DNA from: Octopus sinensis
Taxonomy: Eukaryota
DNA length: 64,000 bases
Assembly (NCBI RefSeq): GCF_006345805.1
Contig: NC_043017.1
Location: 29,884,001-29,948,000 of the forward strand
Direction: 5' to 3'
Part shown: positions 12,700 through 26,759 of the stretch, one piece after another
Position numbering within the stretch: the first letter of the stretch is position 1
Layout of the letters: each line of letters opens with the position of its first letter
Notes under the pieces: model-generated
What the model was told of the DNA's origin: nothing
The model's input: only the letters and a program-made list of their open reading frames with translations
The model's database searches: none
Position numbers and translations under genes: made by a program

Positions 12700-13560
12700 T
12701 CTTGATAATAATGGTGACGATGACGACGACGACAACGATGATGATGATGATGATGATGATGGTGGTGATGATGATGGTGATGATGATGATGATGATTTTG
12801 ATGATGATGACGGTGGTTTCGTGGTAATGGTGATTGCGAAGGAGGTTCTCGGAAATAGCGATACTGCTGCTGCTGCTGCTGGTGCTGTTGGTGCTGTTGT
12901 TGTTGTTAAAGATAATGACGGCTGCGATGACTTTGAGTAACTTACTTGTTGTAAGCGTGCCGAAGATTCCGATGATGATGATGAAGATGATGATGGTGGT
13001 GGTGGTGACGATGATAATGTATGATGATGATGATGATGATGGTGATGATGATGGTGATGATAGTGATGATGATGATGCTGATGATGGTGATGATGATGGT
13101 GATGATAGTGATGATGATGATGCTGATGTATGATGATGATGATGATGATGATTATGATAGTGATGATAGTGATGATGATGATGATGACGATAGTGATGAT
13201 GATAATGATGATGATGTATGTTTATGATGGTGATGATAATGATGATGATGCTGATGTATAATGATGATGATGATTATGACAACCGTCGCATTGGAGGTGA
13301 GAAGGGTGATGGAAGCGGTGACAGTGATGACATTGATGATGAAAATGATGACGTCGGCGATGGGGGTGGGTGGGGGTTGGAAATGTATCTAGGGATGTTT
13401 CTATTTGTGTTACGATAATGCTATTTTAGTCGCTGCTGCTGCAACTACTACCTTAACAACAACAACAACTACCACTACCACCACTACTACTACTACTACT
13501 ACTGCTGCTGCTGTCACTGATGCCTTTGCTGCTACGGATATTTCTGATGCTGCTGTCTCT
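12700..13560. repeat. Compound (GAT)/(GGT)/(GCT)/(ACT) trinucleotide region
   Basis: Long (GAT)n runs with recurring gatgtatgat phase-shift nodes, then (ACT)/(GCT) runs. Confidence 0.9.
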
Positions 13561-14264
13561 GATGCTGCTGCCTCTGTTTTCTTTCAGGCTAAACAAAATA
13601 TCTATCTTGTTTCTCAACGGTTTTATTCAAATTGTAAACAAACACAGAATGTTTTCTTTAGAACTGCAAGAGTTAATTGTGAACTTCGCACAATGTTGAA
13701 TAATAAGGAATGAGATTTTATCATCGTGAAATAATATCAATCTTGAAGAAAAGAACACACAAACATACACACACAGATACACAAAAAGAAACAGAACCAT
13801 ACACATTTACGCACATGTCAACATACCGGGTGTGGTGTATATATTTACCCATTATTCGTTTTATCGTAGAATAAAATGTTTTCGGTGTTCGCTAATGAAA
13901 GATTGCCGTTGACAATGTTTTACATCAATTTACAATTCAAAATGGCCACCCGTTGCTTTCATCGTACCCCTTATTATTTTTCATATTATTTTCTTTTTAA
14001 ATGGTGTTCATGACTTCAAAATGTGTATAAATAAGGGTAAATGTATTTCCTGTACTGGGTACATATATGTACAGAGATAGTGTGGGTGTGTGTGCATGAA
14101 GGAGAGAGAGAGAGAGTGAGTGAATCACCCAGCGTTTGAGACATGAGATATTAATGTTTGTTAAGCAACAAGAACAGAGAAATGATTTTACTGACCTCAT
14201 GAACTATATAATTGAAGCGACAATGGCTATTGTAACAACCACTAAAGGAGGAAACATCATCTAT

Positions 14265-14310
<46 letters not shown>

Positions 14311-14316
<6 letters not shown>

Positions 14317-14586
14317 CATACACATACACACACACACACATATATATATATATAACTATTCACATATGTGCATACATATATGTGTGTGTATACACTCACA
14401 TACACACACACAATCTTTTTACAAGTATATATATATATTCATAAGGGTGTAATTATAAATAAACCACTTTAACACACATACGCGCACACACACATAATTA
14501 CACCAGCACAAATATAGATGTATACATACGTCTCTGTATTTGTCACAGTCAGTCTCCCATGTTATACATACATACATATATATATA

Positions 14587-14619
<33 letters not shown>

Positions 14620-14628
14620 CATACACAT

Positions 14629-14661
<33 letters not shown>

Positions 14662-15014
14662 ACTATTCACATATGTGCATACATATATGTGTGTGTATAC
14701 ACTCACATACACACACACAATCTTTTTACATATATATATATATAATATATATATATATATAATATACATACACATACACACACACACACATATATATATA
14801 TATAACTATTCACATATGTGCATACATATATGTGTGTGTATACACTCACATACACACACACAATCTTTTTACAAGTATATATATATATTCATAAGGGTGT
14901 AATTATAAATAAACCACTTTAACACACATACGCGCACACACACATAATTACACCAGCACAAATATAGATGTATACATACGTCTCTGTATTTGTCACAGTC
15001 AGTCTCCCATGTAT

Positions 15015-15030
<16 letters not shown>
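14311..15030. repeat. Local tandem duplication A-B-A-A-B (450-bp period)
   Basis: Block B (caagtatatatatatattcataagggtg...cagtctcccatgt) at ~14422-14562 and ~14872-15012 looks identical; block A (aactattcacatatgtgcatac...caatctttttaca) occurs three times. Confidence 0.9.
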
Positions 15031-15066
<36 letters not shown>

Positions 15067-15619
15067 TATATATATGCACACGCACACATTCATAGAAACA
15101 CACCACTGATTTTAATAATATTTCTGCAATATTCTTCCCAGATTTCTCACATTATTTTCATGTACATGAAACTTACAGACATTTTCTGATATGTTTCCTT
15201 GTTACAATACGTAAAGTTCAATTATTTTACGCACATTTTACTCTGGTGAAGAAACATTAGTTTGAGACTGATATCGGTACGATTTTCGCCGATAGGTAAA
15301 CAGCGACGAGTGGATAAAGTGAAGTTTAATTATGTTTGATTGTGTCTCAATGATATATGATCAACCAACACTTGGAACGCATATGTACTATTACCAAGAA
15401 AACTCTCATTGAAGTAATATTGGGTCTCTGTCCTAGGCAGGTATATAGACTCAGTTCAACAGGAGGTCATACACTTTCATAAATATGTATGTACGAGATT
15501 TATGCATAATATTATGAACAATAGAAAATGCTATACAATTAGCGATCGATTAGTTTTATATGGAGAGAATGAATATTAGTGAGTGATTAAAAGATTTTTT
15601 CTAATAAGACAAATTAGTT

Positions 15620-15875
15620 CCATTATATATATGTACATATATGTCTGCATGTGCATGCAGAAAGCTTTGTATGTATATATGTGTATGTAGCTATACAGGT
15701 ATATATATATATATATACACACAACACACACACATATATATGCATACATTTCATATTCATACATATTCATACATATACATGCATATACATTTACATAATC
15801 TATATGTATACTTAAATATATAAATATATATTTGTATAATATATATATGCCTATTATATATATGTAACACATACT

Positions 15876-15942
<67 letters not shown>

Positions 15943-16090
15943 GTATAATATATATATTTTTCCTCGACATAATAGCAGGAGAATATATGCAACGACGTAG
16001 ACACACATACCTATGAACTGTATGCGTACATGTAGCTATAATATTCATGTGTATGTGTATGTATGCTTGAGCGTGTATTGTTATCACTGT
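15620..16090. repeat. Compound TA/TG microsatellite
   Basis: Visible directly. Confidence 0.85.
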
Positions 16091-18444
16091 GTGTGTGATG
16101 TTTCTAAAAATCATATTTTATTGACGTACGGAAAGGTATTTAATGTGAGAAATGTTTCTTAATATAATATATTTGACAGGAATTATAATAATCAAATTCT
16201 CTTTTTCTTCGGAATTTTTTCTTTTGTTTTTGTTTTTACTAGTGCAATTACTTCTTTGAAGAAAAACAACTTATGAAAAAAAATGTTATTAACATGTGCT
16301 ACGAACATATAGCAATAATAAAAGAAGTCAATTGAAATATGTGAAAATATTGTCTAATAGATAAATGTCGACAGTTAGAAGAGTCACGTACGAAAAAAAA
16401 TGATGATGATGATGATAAAAATGACTATTATTATGATGGTGGTGATGATGCTGATTAAGGTGATGCGTATGTGTGACTAAGGTTGTCTCTCGTTTTGACT
16501 TCATTGTCAAAGCTTTACAACCACTGAGTCACATAATTACAAGACTTTAAAATCTATTACCTTTATTTATTTCACTTACTAAACCGTTCAGATCTCTATT
16601 ATAAATAAATTTGTGTAGGACCGTATTTCGTACAAAAATGAAACAATTTTCAAATATTCTATAAAAAATTTTAAAAACAGAATTCTCCCATGTTATAAAG
16701 TAGTTTTCGTGTGTATGAATGTCTGGATCACTGTTGGGGCTATTCATACATTTGTAAAAAATAGTTCCTAAGTAACATGTGTAATGGGAAAATGAACTGT
16801 TGTTGAAATAATAGACAATGGACCAAAGTTTTACAGAATAGAGTTACGGTGAAACTATGTTTCTAGATAAACCATATCGTTTATTGAGAGTAACTGAAGC
16901 AACGCTGGACAGTGGTTGATTCCACCTGTTACTCGTTATGGCAACTTTTATTTTTTGATAATTGGGAATAAAGTTCAATAGGCACCAAAGAAATATCCAA
17001 AGAAAACCTGATGTTCATTCAAAAATGTCTTACGAAAGATAATGCACCTTCGAAAGATGTGCGAGCAAAACAGAAGGTCATTTTATTCTAAATATTATGA
17101 TCAGCGGTTTAGGATACGTAAAAAGGAATCTCTGTATCGCTTTTCTTATTCCATGTTCCGTTGTTGACTAACATAATTATGACAACATACGTCGCAGTCC
17201 TGGCAATCTTCTATCCATTTTGAGGAGTATATAAATTTACAGTATCGGACAAGAGATTCAACGCATAATTTAAAAGTGCATTGGTTGTTCACTACAGCCG
17301 GTTATTTCAATGTCTCACCCAACTTTTCGACAAAATAGTGCGCTCATAAACTATTCTTTCCTCCATCTCTAATCTTTGTCTTATTCTTATTCATGCTTGT
17401 TGCTCCTTTGCTTCATCAAAGGTTTGCCTTTATAGATGCAATTGATTTTGACTATTTTGGTGAGACATACATATTTTTAACCTAAACATCATTATTTAGA
17501 AGTCTAAAATGTTTGAAAAATGAATGCTAGTAATTTATCTACTATATTTCTTATGTTTAGGCTTTAGAGGACACCAGCGGACACCAGAGAGAGAGATAAA
17601 GAGAGAGAGAACGTGAGAGAGAGAAGGAGAGAGATAGAGAGAAAGAGAGAGGGAGAAAAAGAGAGGGGGGTATCAAAGGTGGTGGTGAAATCGGTTCACA
17701 TATGTATATGGGTATGTGCCCATACCTGCATCTGTCTAAACATGTGAAAATTTGTAGTTGTGGGTTCGTTGAAAAGATTACAAAGACATACAGAATACAA
17801 CAGCTGAACAGCTGCCATTTACCATTTTGGTACTTCCAATAATCGGGATTTAAGATTATACTTGCAAAAGATTATAAATAGAAATTTAAATTTATTTTAG
17901 CCCTATATTCACCTTATTATAAATTCAAAATGTGAAAATATATTATTATAGATAAAAATAATAATAACAATGACATCTACGTTTCATGAAATATATTTAT
18001 TTTTGCCTTCACTAAATTAGGATAATATCTCTGCATGTTTGAATAGACATGTACAAATCTCATTATTATTATTATTATCATTATTATTATTATTATTATT
18101 ATGAAAATAAAAGAAATCATCACCACCACCATGATGAAGATCATGATCATTACCGTTTTAGATATATTTTCAAAATAGAAATAATTTAAATTGAGAAATA
18201 TGGTGCTGCTATTTCTATTGTTAATTTTAAAAATACAATCGACGAGCGTTTAAACATGATAGCATAAAACCAAATAAAAGATTGCTTTAAAAAAACGTTA
18301 ATCTTGGAATCATTGCTATTCATAAATGGAATTTTACTTCAGCGAATTCACAGCAGTGAAAGTTAAAGATGTAAACACTAGAGATAGCTTCATAATAGAT
18401 GTTAAAACAGCAGTTATCTATCGGCCTCCGCATGTCACACTGCC

Positions 18445-18534
18445 CCATTATATATATATGTATATATATAGTTTTATGTCTGTGTGTGTATATATATATA
18501 TATATATAGATATATATATGTATGTATGTGTATG

Positions 18535-18579
<45 letters not shown>

Positions 18580-18630
18580 GTATATATATATATATGTATG
18601 TATGTGTGTATATATATATATATATGTATG

Positions 18631-18667
<37 letters not shown>

Positions 18668-18748
18668 TATATATATTATATATATATATGTGTATATATA
18701 TATATTATATATATATATATGTATGTGTATATAATATATATATATATG

Positions 18749-18823
<75 letters not shown>

Positions 18824-18853
18824 TATTATATATATATATATATATATGTATGG

Positions 18854-18884
<31 letters not shown>

Positions 18885-18966
18885 GGTATATATATATTAT
18901 ATATATAATAATATATATATATGTATATATACATACATATATGTGCATACATATAATTAGATATAT

Positions 18967-19003
<37 letters not shown>

Positions 19004-19128
19004 CATATATATTTATGTGCATACATATAATTAGATATATAATACACACACACATATATATATATATAGATACATATATATATATATACATTATACACAC
19101 ACACAGACACACACAAACACACACATAC

Positions 19129-19159
<31 letters not shown>

Positions 19160-19160
19160 C
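18445..19160. repeat. Long compound (TA)n/(TATG)/(CA) microsatellite
   Basis: About 700 bp; source of the YIYI-type ORFs. Confidence 0.95.
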
Positions 19161-19294
19161 GCATGACTGCTAGGACTGCGTGTGCATGTGTGTCCTGTGT
19201 GTGTATAAGTGTATGTATGCACAGTTTAAAACATACTCATGTAATACATCTTCATTTGTTTTTGTAAAAAATATGCTGTTCCTTTGCTAATAAA

Positions 19295-19350
19295 GTATAA
19301 TCTGAGGGAGAATTAGCTTCTGTTTCTAGTACGCTATTTGATCATTACCA
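19295..19350 (-). mobile_element. Family-D fragment
   Basis: Reverse complement reads gtactagaaacagaagctaattctccctcagattat, close to cctgctagaaatagcagccaaatctccctcaaatcac. Confidence 0.5.
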
Positions 19351-19440
19351 GCTCTGTTAAATATCTCGCTATTTTACTCTGTTACATCCAGGTCAGCACT
19401 AATATCCAGCTGAACACTAAAGGAAGCAGGGAGAAATCAT

Positions 19441-19547
19441 CCTATCACCCTCATCTCTCTAAATCTACTTATCCATTTAATACGTACTGTCGCCTATCAC
19501 CCTCGTATCACCCTCATCTCTCTAAATCTACATTATCCATTTAATAC
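19441..19547. repeat. Short direct duplication (~42 bp x2 plus a 12-bp partial copy)
   Basis: tatcaccctcatctctctaaatctac(a)ttatccatttaatac at 19443-19483 and 19506-19547. Confidence 0.9.
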
Positions 19548-20074
19548 CTACTTCCTACGCGTCAGCCTGTTGGGTATTGGTAGGGGTGGTTGGCTGCCAT
19601 TTCTGTCAGAATAATAAACCTTGTTGAAGGAAAACTCGCTGACCTGTATTTACACAAACAGAATGTTATTGTAGCCGAATGTAATATTAATACCTTTGCT
19701 ACGATTTCCTGTTGTTAGTCTGATTGAATAACAATATGTCACACAAAGCGATCTAATCGATAATTTGTCTATATCAATTGGTTTGGTTAACTAAAGCATT
19801 TTAGCCTGTAACTAACCGAAAACACACCAGTAATGAATATGAACTCCAGCTTTATATGAGTCTGCCTGAATTCTGCGACAAATTGGTCATTTTGCTGCGA
19901 CTGGAACATTAATTTCTTGTAACATGTTGACTTCGCAAAAGACAAAATCTTACCTACAAAATTAACAACTACTTTGTTGTTTATCCTGAGGTCATTTTTG
20001 ATGGTGCAGACATGTTATTGAACGTATTCTCGGCATGACCGTCCCGTCAGTAAATGGAAATGAACTTTAATTGA

Positions 20075-20570
20075 CCAAGTGAGAAGATTTGAGGGTACGA
20101 TTAATTTTTCTAGCATTGGACACCTGCATAGAAGCAATCTTGTTACATCAAACAACAATAATTTATCTGCCGTGTTCAGGTTAGTTATCAAAAGTCTTTC
20201 AACTGTACACATCGTATCATTATTTCAGGTATTATATATCTACATATGTGAGCATTTCAATTTCTATAAGCAGTATCCTGACACTGTAGAGTGGAAGATT
20301 GGATGAATGTCTAACAATTCGGTTGAGTGAAATACCGTGAGCATATAAAATGACAAAATGACACGTGATTAAATTGAGTTTCAAAATTCCTGAAGCTTGA
20401 CTAACTTGAAATGTTCTGTCATTAGCTAAAGTACGAATGTTGGTCGGAGTGCCGTGATACCCGACTATAATACTGCAGCCCATACGTTTAATACTGTCGG
20501 AAACAGTATTAATTACCATAGCTTTAATTTTTACTTTCATAATATGTGACACCTTTCGAAGACTTGGACA
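20075..20570 (-). pseudogene. Highly decayed CR1/L2-like LINE reverse-transcriptase relic
   Basis: Minus-strand motifs in the correct order: tccaag-tc-ttc-ga-aaggtgtcacat (SKAFDKVSH with two 1-bp losses), NDRTFQV, SGILK..FVILYAHGI (GVPQGS..LFxxYxND region), VRHSSNLPLYS (YADD position), ADKLLLFDVTR (WADKWLLxFNxxKC), SNLLTWS. Confidence 0.55.
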
Positions 20571-22744
20571 TTCCCTTTGTCAAAAATAGCAGCCAATTCC
20601 TCAACACTTAACACGGTACTGGTTAAAATAAAGAAGGTCATTTCAACATATATCTGTAGCTACTGGTCTTCTGACCAGTAGCCAAGGCCGGGAATGGATT
20701 TTATGGAATGTTTAATTTGATCAAGTTTGACCTACAGCTAGAGATGAATTACACAAAAACCAATAAACTGAGTATGTTGGTGTACTGATATGAGCGCCTA
20801 TGATATCTTCCTTATGCAGGATTTCTGTAGGCTCAGGAGGAATGTACGCCGTGATGCTGGCATTTTAGTAATATTCTATTCACGGAAGTGCTTCGCTTGT
20901 TTTATTCAAATGACAAGTAGCTATTGAAGAATGCTTGAAACGTTTTCATCAAAGACTTCATAGTAAAAATGTTTCATGTGTTTAAGAATACATACATGCA
21001 TACATACACTCACACACACACATATATATATATATTATATATATATATAGAGAGAGAGAGAGAGATAGATAGATAGTGAGAGAGACAGACAGACAGACTG
21101 GGACAGGGAGAAATTTTGATGGCATGCAGTATTTAAAAAAAAATAAGATGTGGTGAACGTGTGTATGCGATAAAAAATTTGCAATTCTCTCTCTTTGTCC
21201 TTCACTTTATTATCTATATGCAGTCATATATATGTACATATAAAATATACTTCAGCTAAAGGCTAAGAAGTTCTGTACGCAGTCATGAGCCACTAGAGTC
21301 ACATTCTATGTTGGGTTGATTAACTATCATCTACCTCAAGTCTTCTTCTGCATTTTAAAGGAAATTCAAATGGAAGTAAATTGTCTCTAAGTTGGCGAGA
21401 TGGACTGCACTTGTAATTCAAAGTGCCGGTTTTGTCATATACTGTGTGATGTTCTTTCCGCAAGAGAATTACGTTATGGGCAAAAGTACTCATGGAATAC
21501 TTAACTAGTTACGCAATAATTTAATTAGTCGGTGATTACCTTGTTCAAACAACTGGAAAATACTAATTGTCGAAAGCGGCGAGAGATTCAATTGATTTAA
21601 GTCAATCTTAAAGGTATTCAGCGTATTGATCTCTCTTTCAGAGTCTCTCTCTTTCTGTCTCTCACTCTATATTTGTCTTTGTTTCTCTCTCTTTCTCCCA
21701 TTCTCAATCTCTTTTCTTCGTGACTCAGTATATCTATCTTTCTACTGTCACATAACTTGATCTATTCACAAACAACCATCACAAAGAAATAATGTAATTA
21801 CATATAGTTCTACAAGTTGTCCAAGAAATTATTGAAATGTTGAACGGAACAACACACAAAATTGAACGCACACAAAAATAACAGACCAAAAGTAAAAACC
21901 AAAATAATAATAAATAATTATATAAAGGATAGGCAAAAGAGAAAAAAAAGCCAACTAAATATGATGAAAGAAGCAAGGAACGAAATAAACAAATAAAATT
22001 AGGAAATGAAAAATCAAAGCTAAACAAAGCCGTTTTCCAGACAGAAAGATTGAATATTTATTCTAAATATGTCACGAAAATGTTGAGTCTTTGTGTGTTG
22101 CTATAAACAGTTAGGAAGAGAAACAGTCGATTTGTTATGTTTTGTTTTGTATTTTTAGTACATTATTTTCTTTATTTCTTTGTATTTATCATTTGATGTT
22201 CCTTTGTTGTTGTTGATCTTGTTGATGTAATAGTAGTAGTAGTTGTAGTAGGTGCATTTTTTTTTCACGACACGGAATTGCGCTGTAAATACCGTAATGT
22301 TTAAGGTAATCGATAGATTGTCGGATGAGCATAACACATAATCCTTCATCTGAAAGAGGTCATTATTAGCTTGACAGATGTCTGGGTGTGTAAAGTGGGG
22401 AGGATGATGAAAACCGAACAATATAATCAACCTCGGAAATAATACGAAAAACCATCAACAACAATAATAACGACAAAAATATTAATAATGACGACGATGA
22501 TGATAATAATAACACTAATAATAATAATAATAATAACACTAATAATAATAATAATAATAGCGATAATAATAATAAAAATAATAATAATCTTAATCATATG
22601 TTGTAATCATAGACACAGAAGGAAAGAATTGATAAAGGAAATAATACCACCAGAGTATATAATATGACAAAAAAAACAATAATAAAATAATGGACAGCTG
22701 GAAATATTAGACTATATTAAACAAAATACGTATGTAGATCATGT

Positions 22745-23027
22745 GTGTATATGCCAGTGTGTGTGGTGTGTGTGTATATTTATATTTGCGTTTTTTTTCT
22801 TGTTTGTGTATCAGTGTATGTATGTATGTATATATATATATATTATAAATAGGTTTATATATATATATATGTATGTAGTATATATAATATATGTATGTAT
22901 ATATGTATGTATATGTATGTATATATATATATTATGTATGTATATATATTGTATGTATATATTATATCTATATATGTTAATATATATATATATGTATGTA
23001 TATATATATATGTATATATATATGTAT

Positions 23028-23058
<31 letters not shown>

Positions 23059-23132
23059 GTGATATATATGTATATTATATATGTATATATATATGTATAT
23101 ATATATATGTATGTATATATATATGTATGTAA

Positions 23133-23164
<32 letters not shown>

Positions 23165-23179
23165 AGTATATATGTATGT

Positions 23180-23215
<36 letters not shown>

Positions 23216-23730
23216 GTATATATATATTTATATATATATATGTATATATATGTATGTATATATATAGTATATATGGTATATATATATGTATATGTATATA
23301 ATATGTACATAATATGTATATATATTATGTATATATATATGTATATATATATATGTATGTATATAATATATGTATGTATATACATTGCATATTATATATG
23401 TATATATATTATATGTATATATAATATATGTATATATATATGTATATATATATTATGTATATATATATGTATATATATGTCTATGTATCTAATAGTATAA
23501 TATTATATGTATATATATATATATATTACATATATATATATATATATTTATAAATGTATATATATTTTTAGTATATATATATATGTATATTGTATATTAT
23601 ATGTATATATGTATGTATATATATATGTATATATATGTATGTATATATATGTATATATATATGTGTATATATATATATATATAGATGTATGTATGTTTGT
23701 GTGAATATGTTTGCCTATGTGTATATGTAT
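22745..23730. repeat. About 1-kb (TA)/(TATG) compound microsatellite
   Basis: Almost C-free on the plus strand. Confidence 0.95.
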
Positions 23731-24449
23731 ATACGTATATGCATTTATGTATGAATAAATAAATATGTATTTATATTTTTGCCCTTATATTTTTTTGCTT
23801 ATTGTGTGATGGGTTTCTTTTCTCTTATATATATCAATACTTGTGTGTACCTACGTATGACTCTATAGCGATGCATGTCTATTCCTTATGCTTATTAATA
23901 CGTGCTTTTTTGCCATCTCCTCCGTTTTTTTCTTCGTCGACCGGTATTGTATAACGCGTGGTAAAGAAGCAAAAACCATTTTCCGTACGAGAAGAATAAT
24001 TTACTCGAAATTAATTCCTATTTCTGTCGCTGGATAAAGAACGTTGGAAGCAAAAAATAAAATAGTTAAAAGAAAAAAAAAATAATAGAAGTAGAAAAAT
24101 AAAACGTATTATATTTATTGTTCGATGTAAGTGTCAAAAGATAATGCAGGCATTGTCGCTATTACATCTGTAATTTAAAGGCAAATTTAGCGATGGGGTT
24201 AGACGCTAGAATTCATCGGTATGAAGAATCTTGAAAGAAAAATATATTTATCGAGACATACGTCTGTGATGCCATAATTGCAGAAGCATTTACCTACCTC
24301 ACTTTTCACCTTCTCTGTCATTTTTTTCTTTAGATTCTTCTCACCATTTTTTTTTATGTAAATGTATTGTTTTATTTTCTTTTTAAATTTTCTGCGGAAC
24401 GTCTTTCATAACACAAAAACTAGAATTATATTTTGCACTGTTATATTTC

Positions 24450-24494
24450 TATACACACACACTCACACACACACATACACACACATATATATAT

Positions 24495-24526
<32 letters not shown>

Positions 24527-24606
24527 GATATGTGTGTGTGTGTGTGTGTGTGTGCGTGTGTGCGTACGTATGAATTTATTAATCTATATATGCATATATG
24601 TGCGTG

Positions 24607-24641
<35 letters not shown>

Positions 24642-24880
24642 ACGTATGAATGCATTAATCTATATATGTATATGTGTGCGTTTATATATATATATATATA
24701 TATGTATATACGTATGTGTGTGTGTGTCTGGATATATATATATGTATAAGTATGTATGTATGCGTACACATTCACATATATTATGATTATTTTATTTTTA
24801 TCAAAATTATTATTATTGTTGCTATTATTATCATTATTATCATTATTGTTGTTGTTGTTGTTGTTGTTGTTGTTACTGTA
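24450..24880. repeat. Compound TA/TG followed by (ATT)/(GTT) microsatellites
   Basis: Visible directly; includes an internal repeat tacgtatgaat..attaatctatatatg. Confidence 0.85.
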
Positions 24881-25402
24881 TCATTATTAGTCTATTTTAA
24901 GCTATATTTCCTTTTCTTCCCACTGCGAGCAATCTTTGATTTCAATATATCAGAACCTTTTACATGTATATTTTACTTTCTTAAAGACAATATTTATAAC
25001 TCACTGCTTTTCACCCATGCCTCGAGAACTATATACATTATTTGCTAGTTCACATTTATATACACACATTTCTAATGCGCACTAAAGTACTCTTTATTTT
25101 GAGATGGAATTTGCTTAATGATATAATCTGCAATGTCAGGATTCACTATTGTTGAAGAACAGTTAATCTTGTCGATAGATAGCGTAAAATATAATATATA
25201 CTTGCACTATCAAAGGAATCCTAGTTTTATTTAGTTTATTGTGGCGAAGGTTAATCTTTCTTTTAACTGATACTGTCTTAAAATTTTCACAGGTAACACT
25301 GCAATTTTTTACAAAGACATTTGAGATGATGATATTCCAATAAAATTCAACCTCGTTGTGTATTTTCGATAATGCCACACACAATAAGCTCAAGCATTTA
25401 TC

Positions 25403-25620
25403 TGTGGTTAAGAAGCTCAATGTGCAACCACGCGGTTTCGAGTTCAGCCCCCACCACTCGGCTAATTGCTTTTATTATAGCCATTGGCCGACTATTTATG
25501 TTTGATTTGGCAGGCAGAAAATATTAGCAAACTAGACATAATTTTTTTTTGTTTAAAACCTTCAAGCTGATTTCCACCATGGCCGCAGTCCAATGACTGT
25601 ACCAAGTAAGAATCAAATTT
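25403..25620 (+). mobile_element. SINE-A-related degenerate copy with internal deletion
   Basis: tgtggttaagaagc...caaccacgcggtttcgagttcagcccc...tattatagcc...ccaccatggccgcagtccaatgactg. Confidence 0.65.
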
Positions 25621-25988
25621 TTATAAGCAATGTAGGTTAATATCAGTCATCGTTCATTTTTATAGCTCTGGTGAATCGTAGCGCATAAAAACGTACTCAT
25701 TAATTTGTGTTTACTGTGAGTGTGTGTGTGTGTGTATTGCACAAGTACCTTTAATTTTAACTTAAATTTGAAGGAACAGTCTACCCATTAAAATCCCGGG
25801 AAGTTCACCTGATACGTTTAAATCTGATTTCTCTTCTCATTGACTCACTAAGTTAGGAATTAGCAGAGATGAAACACAAACGCCCTGCATTCGATCTGCG
25901 TGTGAAGACGTACAAAACAGTCTTGCTGTAATAGCGAAAGAAACCACAAATAAATTTGCCAAGCGCGTATCTACAGTAATGTATATAA

Positions 25989-26335
25989 AGGTAAGGTAAA
26001 GACCCCCTTCGGTCATGAATGACCATGGGATTGCACCTAGAAAGTTACCCTCCTAGACACAAGTCCGGGCAAGGTTGATTATGGAAGACCAGCAGTCGCC
26101 CATGCATACCAGCCTCCCCTCTCCACGCCACCAGTGTTATCCAAGGGAAAGACAAAGGTCGATACAGCTTGGCACCAGTGACGTCGCAACTCATTTCTAC
26201 AGCTGAGTGAACTGGAGCAACGTGAAAATAAAGTGCTTTGCTCAAGAACACAACACGCAGCCCGGACCGGGATTCGAGCTCACAACCTCACGATCGTAAG
26301 CTCGGCGCTCCAACCACTGAGCCATGCGTCTTCAC
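25989..26335 (-). mobile_element. SINE-C, full-length tRNA-derived SINE with target-site duplication
   Basis: Minus strand: gtgaagacgcaTGGCTCAGTGG (A box)...gagctcgaatccc (B box), body, ggtca-ttca-tgacc stem-loop, tail tttaccttacct; ACAGTAATGTATATAA at 25973-25988 and 26334-26349. Confidence 0.92.
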
Positions 26336-26759
26336 AGTAATGTATATAATCGCCAAAAAACAGCTGGTGAAATACAAGATTAAATGTTTGAATTGCGAAT
26401 TTTTGCTGTAACAATTACAGCAAAGTATTATAAGGATTTAAACATCGCTAAAGTTGCTTACATTACGCGGATTTATTCTGTATAGTTTCGTAATGGTTCC
26501 GATGTTTATTCTCACTTTAGAAGAAAAAAGTAAAATAACATTTTGCTGAATGATATATGAACAGTTTGAATGAAGCAGATACACTCTGAAACACCAAGAA
26601 ACACGCTGATTGTATTGTCTCTGAAAATTTCCTGGAGATATTTATTCTTACGATGATAATACCATATTCTTTTCAGATATTTGGAATTAATTTATACGAT
26701 ACATATGTGTGCGGGTGATCAACCGTATGCGTTCATTAGCACATGTATCTAAACGTAAT

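Noticed and set aside
13938-13949. YY1-like CAAAATGGCCAC motif and a nearby TACCGGGTG possible TIR start
   Set aside because: Isolated short motifs; no matching opposite TIR.
15243-15270. Further hammerhead-like strings (ctggtgaagaaacattagtttgagac; also ~23983-24012)
   Set aside because: Several core mismatches and no clear homology to the four Penelope-like relics.
17020-17230. DNAPS-like peptide hinting at a Tc1/mariner transposase
   Set aside because: Only a short motif; the downstream SPDLxP motif is unconvincing and no TIRs were found.
18320-19164. Longest ORFs in the track (up to 234 aa, YIYI/CVCV type), and similar ones at 22743, 26687, 33403, 54088 and 60791
   Set aside because: Translations of TA/TG/CA microsatellites.
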